From: Mycolicibacterium smegmatis
GTDB taxonomy: Bacteria > Actinomycetota > Actinomycetes > Mycobacteriales > Mycobacteriaceae
Reading direction: 5' to 3'
DNA: 32,000 bases
NCBI RefSeq assembly: GCF_001457595.1
Contig: NZ_LN831039.1
Span: 6,420,001 to 6,452,000 of the forward strand
The translations under genes were made by a program, and so were the position numbers. The notes under the pieces were generated by a model. That model made no database searches and had not been told where the DNA came from. It was given only the letters and a program-made list of their open reading frames with translations. Position 1 is the stretch's first letter. Each line of letters opens with the position of its first letter. Of this stretch, positions 8,063 to 15,783 are shown one piece after another.

Positions 8063-9148
8063 GTGAGCATCCGATTGCGCGCCGAAATGGCCGACCTTCC
8101 CGCGTACGCACCAGGCAAAACAGTTCCGGGCGCAATCAAGATCGCGAGCAACGAAACCGTCCACGGACCACTTCCCAGTGTCCGCGAGGCGATCCTCAAG
8201 GCCACCGATCTGATCAACCGCTACCCCGACAACGGGTATCTTGACCTGCGGGAACGCCTTGCCAAGCACGTGAATTTCGCGCCCGAGAACATCTCTGTGG
8301 GCTGCGGATCGGTGAGTCTGTGCCAGCAGTTGATACAAATCACATCTTCCGTCGGCGACGAAGTGCTGTTCGCGTGGCGCAGTTTCGAGATCTATCCGCT
8401 GCAGGTCCGCACCGCGGGCGCCACGCCCGTGGCGGTCGCCCTGCGTGATCACACTCACGATCTCGATGCCATGCTCGCGGCCATCACCGACCGCACGCGT
8501 CTGATCTTCGTCTGCAACCCGAACAACCCCACCAGCACCGTCGTCGACCCCGGCGAGCTGGCGCGGTTCGTGGCCGCGGTACCGCCGCACATCCTCGTCG
8601 TACTCGACGAGGCCTACGTCGAGTACATCCGCGACGGCCTGCTGCCCGACAGCCTGGGCCTGGTGCGCGAGCACCGCAATGTCGTGGTGCTGCGGACGTT
8701 CTCGAAGGCCTACGGGCTCGCGGGCCTGCGCGTCGGGTACGCCGTGGCCGACCCGGAGATCGTCACGGCGTTGGGCAAGGTCTACGTGCCGTTCAGCGCG
8801 ACCAGCGTGTCGCAGGCCGCGGCCATCGCGTGCCTGGACGCCGCCGACGAACTGCTGGCCCGCACCGACGCCGTGGTCGCCGAACGCACCCGCGTGAGCG
8901 ACGCACTGCGCGCCGCCGGCTACACGCTGCCGCCGTCGCAGGCGAACTTCGTGTGGTTGCCGTTGGCCGAGCGCACGCTGGACTTCGTCGCCAGGGCCGC
9001 CGACAACCGCATCATCGTCCGGCCGTACGGTGAGGACGGCGTGCGTGTCACCATCGGTGCACCGCACGAGAACGACGCATTCCTGGACTTCGCACAGCGC
9101 TGGATCGCGCCGGGCGGGGCCGGGCCTCGAACAGGAGACAGCGCTTGA
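8063..9148 (+). CDS. hisC2: Class-II PLP aminotransferase, histidinol-phosphate/aromatic aminotransferase (Rv3772 HisC2-like)
   Basis: 361 aa, GTG start. LPAYAPGK N-terminus, NPNNPT, and the PLP-lysine motif RTFSKAYGLAGLRVGY. Its position next to the tRNA pair matches the M. tuberculosis locus. Confidence 0.88.
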   Translation: MSIRLRAEMADLPAYAPGKTVPGAIKIASNETVHGPLPSVREAILKATDLINRYPDNGYLDLRERLAKHVNFAPENISVGCGSVSLCQQLIQITSSVGDEVLFAWRSFEIYPLQVRTAGATPVAVALRDHTHDLDAMLAAITDRTRLIFVCNPNNPTSTVVDPGELARFVAAVPPHILVVLDEAYVEYIRDGLLPDSLGLVREHRNVVVLRTFSKAYGLAGLRVGYAVADPEIVTALGKVYVPFSATSVSQAAAIACLDAADELLARTDAVVAERTRVSDALRAAGYTLPPSQANFVWLPLAERTLDFVARAADNRIIVRPYGEDGVRVTIGAPHENDAFLDFAQRWIAPGGAGPRTGDSA

Positions 9149-9618
9149 CCGACGCACGGGGCACGTTCGAAGCATTCAAGAACCGCGACGGCGAGATCCC
9201 TGACGCCGAACTCGACGCCTTCTGGGCACTGCTACGCCCCGCCGGCATCGACTTCATGCTCGGTGAGTGGAAGGGCGGCGAGTTCTACACCGGCCACAAG
9301 GCCAACGGTTTCATGAAGAAGCTCAACTGGTTCGGCAAGACCTTCGTCTCGGCGTCGGAGGCCAAGCCACTGGTGTGCCTGGACGCCGACGGCAACAAGT
9401 TCTCCAACACCGAGGCCATGGGCGGCGAGGCCAGCCTGTGGCTCGAGGAGTTCCGCGGCGAGGTGACCGCGTCGATGGTCTACGACGGGCGTCCCGTGCA
9501 CGATCACTTCAAGGTCGTCGACGACAACGCCGTCATCGGCATCATGAACGGCAAGGGTGCGCTCGATCTCAGCTCGGGAACGCCGCGGCATCTGTACTTC
9601 TACCTGGAGCGGATCTGA
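9145..9618 (+). CDS. GXWXG / DUF4334 domain protein
   Basis: TTG start overlaps the hisC2 stop (cTTGAcc), with GGAG 7 nt upstream. GEWKG (GXWXG) motif. C-terminal VYDGRPVHDHFKVVDDNAVIGIMNGKG...YFYLER matches the DUF4334 pattern. Confidence 0.8.
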   Translation: MTDARGTFEAFKNRDGEIPDAELDAFWALLRPAGIDFMLGEWKGGEFYTGHKANGFMKKLNWFGKTFVSASEAKPLVCLDADGNKFSNTEAMGGEASLWLEEFRGEVTASMVYDGRPVHDHFKVVDDNAVIGIMNGKGALDLSSGTPRHLYFYLERI

Positions 9619-9620
9619 CC

Positions 9621-10436
9621 ATGGCTGACACGTACGAGTCGGTGACCGTCGAGGTCAAAGACCATGTCGCACAGGTGACCCTGATCGGGCCCGGCAAGGG
9701 CAACGCGATGGGGCCCGCGTTCTGGGAAGAGATGCCCGACGTGTTCGGCACCCTCGACGACGATCCCGACGTACGCGCCATCGTGCTGACCGGCTCCGGC
9801 AAGAACTTCAGCTACGGCCTGGACCTGCCCGCCATGGGCGCCTCGCTGCCCGCCCTGGACGCGGGCGCGAAGTCACGCTCCGACTTCCACAAGCGCCTGC
9901 AGAAGATGCAGGGCGCCATCACCGCGGTCGCCGACTGCCGCACGCCCACCATCGCATCGGTGCACGGCTGGTGCATCGGCGGCGGCGTGGACCTCATCAG
10001 CGCCGTGGACATCCGTTACGCGAGCGCCGACGCCAAGTTCTCGGTGCGTGAGGTCAAGCTCGCGATCGTCGCCGACGTGGGCAGCCTCGCGCGTCTGCCG
10101 CTGATCCTCAGCGACGGACATCTGCGCGAATTGGCGCTCACCGGCAAGGACATCGACGCCGCACGGGCCGAGAAGATCGGTCTGGTCAACGACGTCTACG
10201 ACGACGCCGAGGCCTCGCTGGCCGCCGCGCACGCCACGGCCGCCGAGATCGCCGCCAACCCGCCGCTGACGGTCGCAGGCGTCAAGGACGTGCTCGACGC
10301 GCAGCGCACCGCGCAGGTGGCCGAGAGCCTGCGGTTCGTCGCGGCCTGGAACTCGGCGTTCCTGCCGTCGAAGGACCTCGCCGAGGCGGTGACGGCGATG
10401 TTCGAAAAGCGCAGGCCCGAGTTCACCGGCGAGTAG
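9621..10436 (+). CDS. echA21: Enoyl-CoA hydratase/isomerase (crotonase) family, Rv3774 EchA21-like
   Basis: I trimmed the listed ORF to the ATG at 9621 (MADTYESVTVEVKDHVAQVTL), 2 nt after the preceding stop. Crotonase motifs GSGKNFSYGLDL and HGWCIGGGVDL. 271 aa. Confidence 0.88.
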   Translation: MADTYESVTVEVKDHVAQVTLIGPGKGNAMGPAFWEEMPDVFGTLDDDPDVRAIVLTGSGKNFSYGLDLPAMGASLPALDAGAKSRSDFHKRLQKMQGAITAVADCRTPTIASVHGWCIGGGVDLISAVDIRYASADAKFSVREVKLAIVADVGSLARLPLILSDGHLRELALTGKDIDAARAEKIGLVNDVYDDAEASLAAAHATAAEIAANPPLTVAGVKDVLDAQRTAQVAESLRFVAAWNSAFLPSKDLAEAVTAMFEKRRPEFTGE

Positions 10437-10500
10437 CACCCCCTCAGCGAAACCCGCTGGCCCGCAGAGCCTGTCGAAAACGGCCTGCGACGGCCTCCGC

Positions 10501-10523
10501 CGGCAAAGCTGCCGACTTTGCCG
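10501..10523 (+). terminator. 8-bp stem hairpin about 65 nt downstream of echA21 (weak terminator candidate)
   Basis: cggcaaag ctgccga ctttgccg. No U-tract follows. Confidence 0.25.
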
Positions 10524-10596
10524 CGCCGTCGCGTCCCGACGATTTCGGCTCCGCAGGTTTGGTTTTCGGCGATCGCGGCAATTCCCGCATGCGGCA

Positions 10597-11358
10597 ATGG
10601 CGCCACGGATTCGCTGTCGAGCTTTGGGGGTCGGGTCGGTGTTCAAGAGCACGCTTTCACGTTTCATTCCCGCGGTGTCCGCGGCGCTGTTGACCGCGGG
10701 CCTGGTCCCCGGTACGGCGGGCACCGCCAACGCCGAACCGCCGATCGAGGGCGCGGCGCCACCGTGCCCGGATGTCGAGGTGGTGTTCGCGCGCGGCACG
10801 TTCGAGCCGCCGGGTGTGGGGTTCGTCGGGCAAGCGTTCGTCGATGCGCTGCGCGGCAGGCTGGGCGACAAGAGCGTGGACGTGTACGCGGTGAATTACC
10901 CTGCGTCGCTTGACTTCCAGCGCGCAGCGGACGGAATCGTCGACGCCAGCCGCAAGGTCGAGCAGACCGCGGCGACGTGCCCGTCGACCAAGACCGTCAT
11001 CGGCGGTTTCTCGCAGGGCGCCGCGGTGGCCGCCTACCTGACGGCCGACTCCGTGCCCGCGAATTTCGTACTGCCCGACGGGATCACGGGGCCCATGCCC
11101 GACGACGTGGCCAAGCACGTCACCGCGGTGACGCTGTTCGGGAAACCCTCCAACGGGTTCATCAACACCGTGCAGTCCACGGCGCCGCCCATCAACATCG
11201 GGCACCTGTACACCGACAAGACCGTCGACCTGTGCATCGAGACGGACCCCGTGTGCTCGCCCACCGGCAGCGACGGGGCCAGCCACAACCTGTACGCGAC
11301 CAACGGCATGGTCCAACAGGCCGCCGACTACGTCGCCGCGCGAGTCCTGCCGCAGTGA
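10597..11358 (+). CDS. Secreted cutinase-family serine esterase
   Basis: Signal peptide (SAALLTAGLVPGTAGTANA). CPDVEVVFARGTFEPPGVG, nucleophile elbow GFSQG, and C-terminal DLC...D...C....SH..Y. The start may be the in-frame GTG at 10639. Confidence 0.85.
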   Translation: MAPRIRCRALGVGSVFKSTLSRFIPAVSAALLTAGLVPGTAGTANAEPPIEGAAPPCPDVEVVFARGTFEPPGVGFVGQAFVDALRGRLGDKSVDVYAVNYPASLDFQRAADGIVDASRKVEQTAATCPSTKTVIGGFSQGAAVAAYLTADSVPANFVLPDGITGPMPDDVAKHVTAVTLFGKPSNGFINTVQSTAPPINIGHLYTDKTVDLCIETDPVCSPTGSDGASHNLYATNGMVQQAADYVAARVLPQ

Positions 11359-11639
11359 GTGCGGGAGGCACCCCAGAAGCGTGATCTGGCGGGTTTCGGA
11401 TACCGAGTTGAGCTGCGGGTTCTGCAGCCGCAGCGGTGACATGTCCGTGAGGTGAAGGCAGGCAGGTGCCGTTCGGGGCAGGAGGCTAAGCGGGACTGGA
11501 CGCCGGGTTGCCGCATTCGTTTCTCGAAAGGCTCGACATTTTCTGAAAGCTCGCTGTGAATCTTGCGGATATGGTGCGCCGTACACCTCTGGTCATTCGT
11601 CCAAAGGCGAGTTCGGCTGTCGGGAAGGCAGGGACGACG

Positions 11640-11909
11640 ATGAGAACACTGATGGTGGGGTTGGCGACCGCCGCGGGTCTGATGCTGGGTACCGCGGGTG
11701 TTGCTGCGGCCGACGACGTCATCGTCTACGACGGTGCGACGGGAATCCCGTGGAGCTGGCCGACCGAGGGCGCATGCATATCCGACGGTCCGGACATGCA
11801 CCTGGAGAACGTGGGCGAGGACAACCTCTACCAGTACTGGTACTGCCTCCAGCACGACGACGGACTGTGGTACCTGCACAACAGCGACCAGCCGACCCAC
11901 GAGGAGTGA
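11640..11909 (+). CDS. Small secreted protein, 89 aa, two Cys in the mature part
   Basis: I trimmed the ORF to the ATG at 11640 (MRTLMVGLATAAGLMLGTAGVAAA signal peptide), preceded by gggaaggcaggga. The mature part is Trp/Tyr-rich and belongs to no family I recognise. Confidence 0.6.
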   Translation: MRTLMVGLATAAGLMLGTAGVAAADDVIVYDGATGIPWSWPTEGACISDGPDMHLENVGEDNLYQYWYCLQHDDGLWYLHNSDQPTHEE

Positions 11910-11982
11910 CCCCGAGCGACCACTTGATCCCGAGGGGCCACAACGCCCGAATTCTCACGGTGGCGAGCGCTGTAGTACCTGA

Positions 11983-12879
11983 TCAGAGATGAGCGCGGTA
12001 GGCGCTGGGTGTGACACCGACGCGTTGCTTGAATGTTGTTGCAAAATGGCTCGGACTGGAAAACCCTACTGTGAAGCTGATTTCGGTCATCGTCAAGGCT
12101 GTGCTCGCCAGCAGAGCCTTCGCGCGTTTGATCCGTTGGTCCAGAACGAACTGATACAGCGTGGTGTGAAACGCCTGAGCAAAAGCCGGCCGAAAGTCCC
12201 GGACGTTCATACCGACGATGTTGGCGGCGGTTCTCAGATCAATGCGTTCGTCAAGACTGTCGTGCAGAAACTCCACGAGTCGTCGCTGTTGACCTTGGTC
12301 GAGCATCTGCACACTCTTGCCGTCCGGAGACGGCGCTTCACCGTAGCGGTCCCGGATGTGCAGACGCAGCCCTTCGGCTATCGAGTCTCGAAGCAGGCGC
12401 GATAGAACATCATCACGCGCCGCCAGATCTGCGATCCTGTCGACCATGTTGTGCAACAAGGGATCCTGACGGTCGGCAACAGGACGCAAGGTCGCGCCTC
12501 CCACCGACGGGGCCGGCAGCGTCAGCTGAGCGAATTCAAACGCGGCGTTGCGCACCAACGCTGCTGACGAGAGCTCGGCGGGGATCACCCACACGTTGCC
12601 GTCTCGGGGTGTCATGCGGCCCGCTGATCCACCCTCGAACTGAAATTCTTTCGAGGACGCCCGCCCTCTGCGCCAGACCAAAATGGTGTGCTGCTTCCGC
12701 GAGAACGACCAGTCGACCGACTCTGCCATTCGCTGAGTGACGAAGCTGAATTCTACACTGAGGACCGTTATGTCGCGGCTGTGAAGGGAAACGCGGGTTT
12801 GGTCGGTGTGCTTGCTTTCGACTGGTTTCTCAGCTGTGGGTGCCTGCCCGTCACTTTCACCGCCCATACCACGCGACAC
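11983..12879 (-). CDS. AraC/XylS-family transcriptional regulator
   Basis: The C-terminal double HTH (LRTAANIVGMNVRDFRPAFAQAFHTTLYQFVLDQRIKRAKALLASTALTMTEISFTVGFSSPSHFATTFKQRVGVTPSAYR) is canonical AraC. 16 of the last 41 codons end in A/T, against 4 of the first 41 codons of the core gene at 7123. The start is uncertain (M51 at 12729 is possible). Confidence 0.85.
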   Translation of the reverse strand: MSRGMGGESDGQAPTAEKPVESKHTDQTRVSLHSRDITVLSVEFSFVTQRMAESVDWSFSRKQHTILVWRRGRASSKEFQFEGGSAGRMTPRDGNVWVIPAELSSAALVRNAAFEFAQLTLPAPSVGGATLRPVADRQDPLLHNMVDRIADLAARDDVLSRLLRDSIAEGLRLHIRDRYGEAPSPDGKSVQMLDQGQQRRLVEFLHDSLDERIDLRTAANIVGMNVRDFRPAFAQAFHTTLYQFVLDQRIKRAKALLASTALTMTEISFTVGFSSPSHFATTFKQRVGVTPSAYRAHL

Positions 12880-13091
12880 TAGCTGAACTGCCGACAGCGA
12901 AACGGTGTCCGCACAGGATCTCGCAATCGCATGTCAGTTTTTCGAAAGCCGGCTGATAACCCGCTGCGTACCGTCTGTGCGCAGATACACGTGGCAACAC
13001 CACCACGCGAAGAGGGAGTGCTGCGGCAGCAACGACCAACTCGACCGGAGTTGTGGAAGCACGCCGAGCATGGCATGTGGAGGGAAAATTG

Positions 13092-14000
13092 GTGCGGAGG
13101 CTCGTAACGGTTCTCATCGGACTCGCAGCGTTGGTGCTGATGTCGGCATGCGGTTCCGGGTCCTCGAGTTCACCCACAGCCGGCGGTTCGGATAAGTCGG
13201 CGAAACCGGGAGCAGTTTCGAATCCGGCCTCGAATGCGCAGTACTGCGCCCAGAATCGCGACCCGAGGTGCCCGAAGGGCAGCTATCACGGCACCCACGT
13301 CCTTCTCACGACCGCCGGTGGTTACTGGGATGCCAGCGGCAACCCGATCGACGGCGGGCCGATGGGCGCTGACGGGTCCACCGGCAATAACCACACCCAG
13401 GAGTACTGCGCGCGCAACGAGGATCCCGGTTGCCCGATGGGCAGCTACGTCGCCCCCGACGCCATCAAGAACCCCGACGGCAGCCCCAGCTACGTTGTCT
13501 GCGAAGGCACCATCTGCACCAACCCCAACCACGGGGCTGCGGATCCTGGCGGCTTCTGGGATGCCAACGGCAACCCGATCGACGGCGGGCCGATGGGCGC
13601 TGACGGGTCCACCGGCAATAACCACACCCAGGAGTACTGCGCGCGCAACGAGGATCCCGGTTGCCCGATGGGCAGCTACGTCGCCCCCGACGCCATCAAG
13701 AACCCCGACGGCAGCCCGAGCTACGTTGTCTGCGAAGGCACCATCTGCACCAACCCCAACCACGGCGCCGCAGACCCAGACGGCGACACCCCAGCGTCGG
13801 ACGAAGTCACGGGAGCCCCCGACGACGATCCTCCTGCTATCACTCCCGCGCCAGATACCGATCCTGGCGAGAATTCTCCGCGCGATGCGCAGACACCAGA
13901 CCAGCCGGCGTTACCCGAACAGCAGCCGGATGATGGTGACGCCTTCGATCCGGGATCGGTAGACGGCCCGGGCGACGAGCCGAATGTAGACGAACCGTGA
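13092..14000 (+). CDS. Lipoprotein with tandem 77-aa four-Cys repeats and an acidic Pro/Asp-rich tail (unknown family)
   Basis: GTG 13092 is preceded by ggaggg with an 8-nt spacer (alternative GTG at 13053). Signal peptide VRRLVTVLIGLAALVLMSAC has a lipobox Cys at 13149-13151. It contains two near-identical repeats plus one degenerate partial copy. The tail reads DPDGDTPASDEVTGAPDDDPPAITPAPDTDPGEN... Confidence 0.75.
   Translation: MRRLVTVLIGLAALVLMSACGSGSSSSPTAGGSDKSAKPGAVSNPASNAQYCAQNRDPRCPKGSYHGTHVLLTTAGGYWDASGNPIDGGPMGADGSTGNNHTQEYCARNEDPGCPMGSYVAPDAIKNPDGSPSYVVCEGTICTNPNHGAADPGGFWDANGNPIDGGPMGADGSTGNNHTQEYCARNEDPGCPMGSYVAPDAIKNPDGSPSYVVCEGTICTNPNHGAADPDGDTPASDEVTGAPDDDPPAITPAPDTDPGENSPRDAQTPDQPALPEQQPDDGDAFDPGSVDGPGDEPNVDEP
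13326..13787 (+). repeat. Tandem direct duplication, 2 x 231 bp, in frame (77 aa each)
   Basis: By hand alignment, copy 1 (13326-13556) and copy 2 (13557-13787) differ at 2 positions over the first 209 nt, g/a at 13336/13567 (Ser to Asn) and c/g at 13487/13718 (silent). They then diverge in the last ~22 nt. A diverged partial copy of the YC..N.DP.CP.GSY segment lies at 13239-13289. Confidence 0.95.
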
Positions 14001-14899
14001 CCGGGGGAGTCTATGCGCCCGTGCCTCCCGGCGTCCCGGCGCCGACGCCGACGCCGGTCAAGCCGCGCCGACGGATACTGCGTCGTCTGCTCATCACCAG
14101 CCTGGGCCTCGCAACAGTGCTCGCGGTGGCATTCGTCGCATTCGTGTTCTGGCCGAATCCCACTGTGCCAGCAGACCAACCGAACATGACACAGGTGATG
14201 ACCGGCACCGACAATGACTGGTTGTCGTTCGACGACTTCGTGCCGGGCACGGCGATTGCCGCCGACGGTTCCGACAACGACGAGTACGAGTGCACGCTGG
14301 GGTTCCTCGGACGCGACAGTTCCGGCACGCCGATCGGCTTCACCGCCGGCCACTGCGATCGCCCCGGCGACGATTCGCCACATTTCACCCGCAAGGCTGA
14401 CGAAGACACCCCCGTGGAACTCGGCCGATTCACCACCGTCCAGACCGCCGACACGCCGGACAAAGTCGTGAAGACCGGACCCGACGGGTGGTCGGACTTC
14501 GCGGTGATCGAAATCGACCCGTCGCTGACCGACTCAGCAGAAGACAATGCACGGATCGCGGGGGTGTATCGGGTGACCAAGGTGCTCGATTACGAGTACC
14601 TTCTGAACAACAACGTGACCTTGTGCAAGTTCGGATTTGTCAGCGGCGAAACCTGCGGCAAGGTGATCGGGCACGACAACCTCACCGTGGAAGCCGAACT
14701 GTATTCCGCCTCAGGGGATTCAGGCTCACCTGCATACGTCAAATTCGGCAACGACGAAGTCGCCGCCGTCGGCATCTTGCGAGGGTCACCGGAAGGTGAG
14801 GACAACATCACCGAGTTCTCCCTCCTCGCTCCGATACTCGAAGCGACGAGCTCATCCCTGTTCTGTGACGATCCGACCTGCCGCGGAAACGGATCGTAG
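13997..14899 (+). CDS. Membrane-anchored S1-family (streptogrisin / alpha-lytic-protease-like) serine protease
   Basis: GTG start overlaps the lipoprotein stop (GTGA at 13997-14000). Pro-rich N-terminus, RRRILRR plus TM helix LLITSLGLATVLAVAFVAFVFW. CTLGF...FTAGHC (His119, codon 14351-14353), DFAVIE (Asp167), GDSGSP (Ser242, codon 14720-14722). Paired Cys occur as in S1E enzymes. Confidence 0.85.
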   Translation: MTGGVYAPVPPGVPAPTPTPVKPRRRILRRLLITSLGLATVLAVAFVAFVFWPNPTVPADQPNMTQVMTGTDNDWLSFDDFVPGTAIAADGSDNDEYECTLGFLGRDSSGTPIGFTAGHCDRPGDDSPHFTRKADEDTPVELGRFTTVQTADTPDKVVKTGPDGWSDFAVIEIDPSLTDSAEDNARIAGVYRVTKVLDYEYLLNNNVTLCKFGFVSGETCGKVIGHDNLTVEAELYSASGDSGSPAYVKFGNDEVAAVGILRGSPEGEDNITEFSLLAPILEATSSSLFCDDPTCRGNGS

Positions 14900-15098
14900 G
14901 GAACTGCGGGACGAGACGGGTTGGTCTCAGCGGAGTAAGTCCCGTGCCATATGTCTATCCCACCGTGGGATCCGAAGGACCAGTCACGCGGCGACACGCC
15001 GACACAGCGCCGGACTGATCCCCGGGGAGCTGGGTCAAAAAGTGTCACTTTCAGCACCTGCCCGACGCCTGGTTCGACGCCGAAATGCTACTGATCAG

Positions 15099-15185
15099 CG
15101 GTGGCGGAGGGATTTGAACCCCCGGACGGTGTTAGCCGTCTCTCGCTTTCAAGGCGAGTGCATTAGGCCGCTCTGCCACGCCACC
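15099..15185 (-). tRNA. tRNA-Ser (anticodon UGA), class II, CCA not encoded
   Basis: 87 nt. Acceptor GGTGGCG/CGCCACC, anticodon arm CTCGC-CTTGAAA-GCGAG, long variable arm, T arm GGGGG-TTCAAAT-CCCTC, discriminator G. Its 3' end faces the AraC-lipoprotein-protease islet. Confidence 0.95.
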
Positions 15186-15203
15186 GCCGATAAGAGTACG
15201 GGA

Positions 15204-15680
15204 CTACACCCGGCCGATCTTGGCGGGCGGGGCTCCGTTCTTCAGCGCGGCGCTGATACGCCGGCAGTTCTCGCCCATCGCAGCGATCTGAGGACGCGAC
15301 AGGCGTCCCAGGAAGTGCGTGCGGACGCCCTGGCCGTAGGTCACCATCGCCTCGCGGACCGCGGCGCGGCCCTCGTCGGTGATCTTGGCGACCACGCCAC
15401 GTCCATCCTCCGGACTGGCGCCGCGCACCACGAAGTTCTGTACCTCCAACCGCCGGATCTGCCGGGTGACCCGGCTCGGGAGGGACATCAGCCGGTCGGC
15501 GAGGTCCCCCATCCTGGCCGAACCTGTCGGCGACTTGTCCAAATAGTCCAGCAGACGCACATCGTTCAGCGTCAGATGATGCTGGTCCACAAGCGACCGG
15601 TTCAGCGTCGCGTACAACCTCAGAGCCGAGTCGAGGTAGTTCTGCCACGACCTCTCCTCGGCGATATCCAGACCCGGCAT
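15204..15680 (-). CDS. MarR-family transcriptional regulator
   Basis: I trimmed the ORF to the ATG at 15680, with caGGAGac immediately upstream. 158 aa. The winged-helix core is LTLNDVRLLDYLDKSPTGSARMGDLADRLMSLPSRVTRQIRRLEVQNFVVR...DGRGVVAKITDEGR. Confidence 0.85.
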   Translation of the reverse strand: MPGLDIAEERSWQNYLDSALRLYATLNRSLVDQHHLTLNDVRLLDYLDKSPTGSARMGDLADRLMSLPSRVTRQIRRLEVQNFVVRGASPEDGRGVVAKITDEGRAAVREAMVTYGQGVRTHFLGRLSRPQIAAMGENCRRISAALKNGAPPAKIGRV

Positions 15681-15783
15681 GTCTCCTGCCGTGCGTCCGG
15701 CAATCATCCCCACCATGCGCGTAATCGTAAGGGACGTAAGTATTGCTGCGCGCGATAACTCGAAGGGTTGTACCGTCGAAAAA

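Noticed and set aside
7856-9175. 439-aa ORF on the minus strand
   Set aside because: It is antisense to the recognisable hisC2-like aminotransferase and runs through two tRNA genes. Its product is Arg/Gly/Ala-rich with no motifs. This is the typical spurious long ORF of a high-G+C genome.
11957-11985. Possible att-like direct repeat of the tRNA-Ser(UGA) 3' end at the far side of the islet (cggtggcgag and ctgatcag here, against ctgatcagcggtggcggag at 15091-15109)
   Set aside because: The matches are only 8-10 nt long and occur in a different order and spacing. No integrase or recombinase gene is present. This is too weak to call attL/attR, so I describe the islet as atypical DNA and not as a defined mobile element.
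13170-13763. 197-aa minus-strand ORF that also shows an internal repeat
   Set aside because: Its repeat is simply the mirror image of the 231-bp tandem duplication in the plus-strand lipoprotein gene. That gene has a signal peptide, a lipobox and a ribosome-binding site, and this ORF has none of them.
14900-15098. Possible small RNA or ORF in the 200-nt spacer between the protease gene and tRNA-Ser(UGA), including the palindrome atcccac-c-gtgggat near 14957-14971
   Set aside because: There are only short, loop-less palindromes, no terminator-like structure and no ORF with coding bias. Nothing here can be supported from sequence alone.
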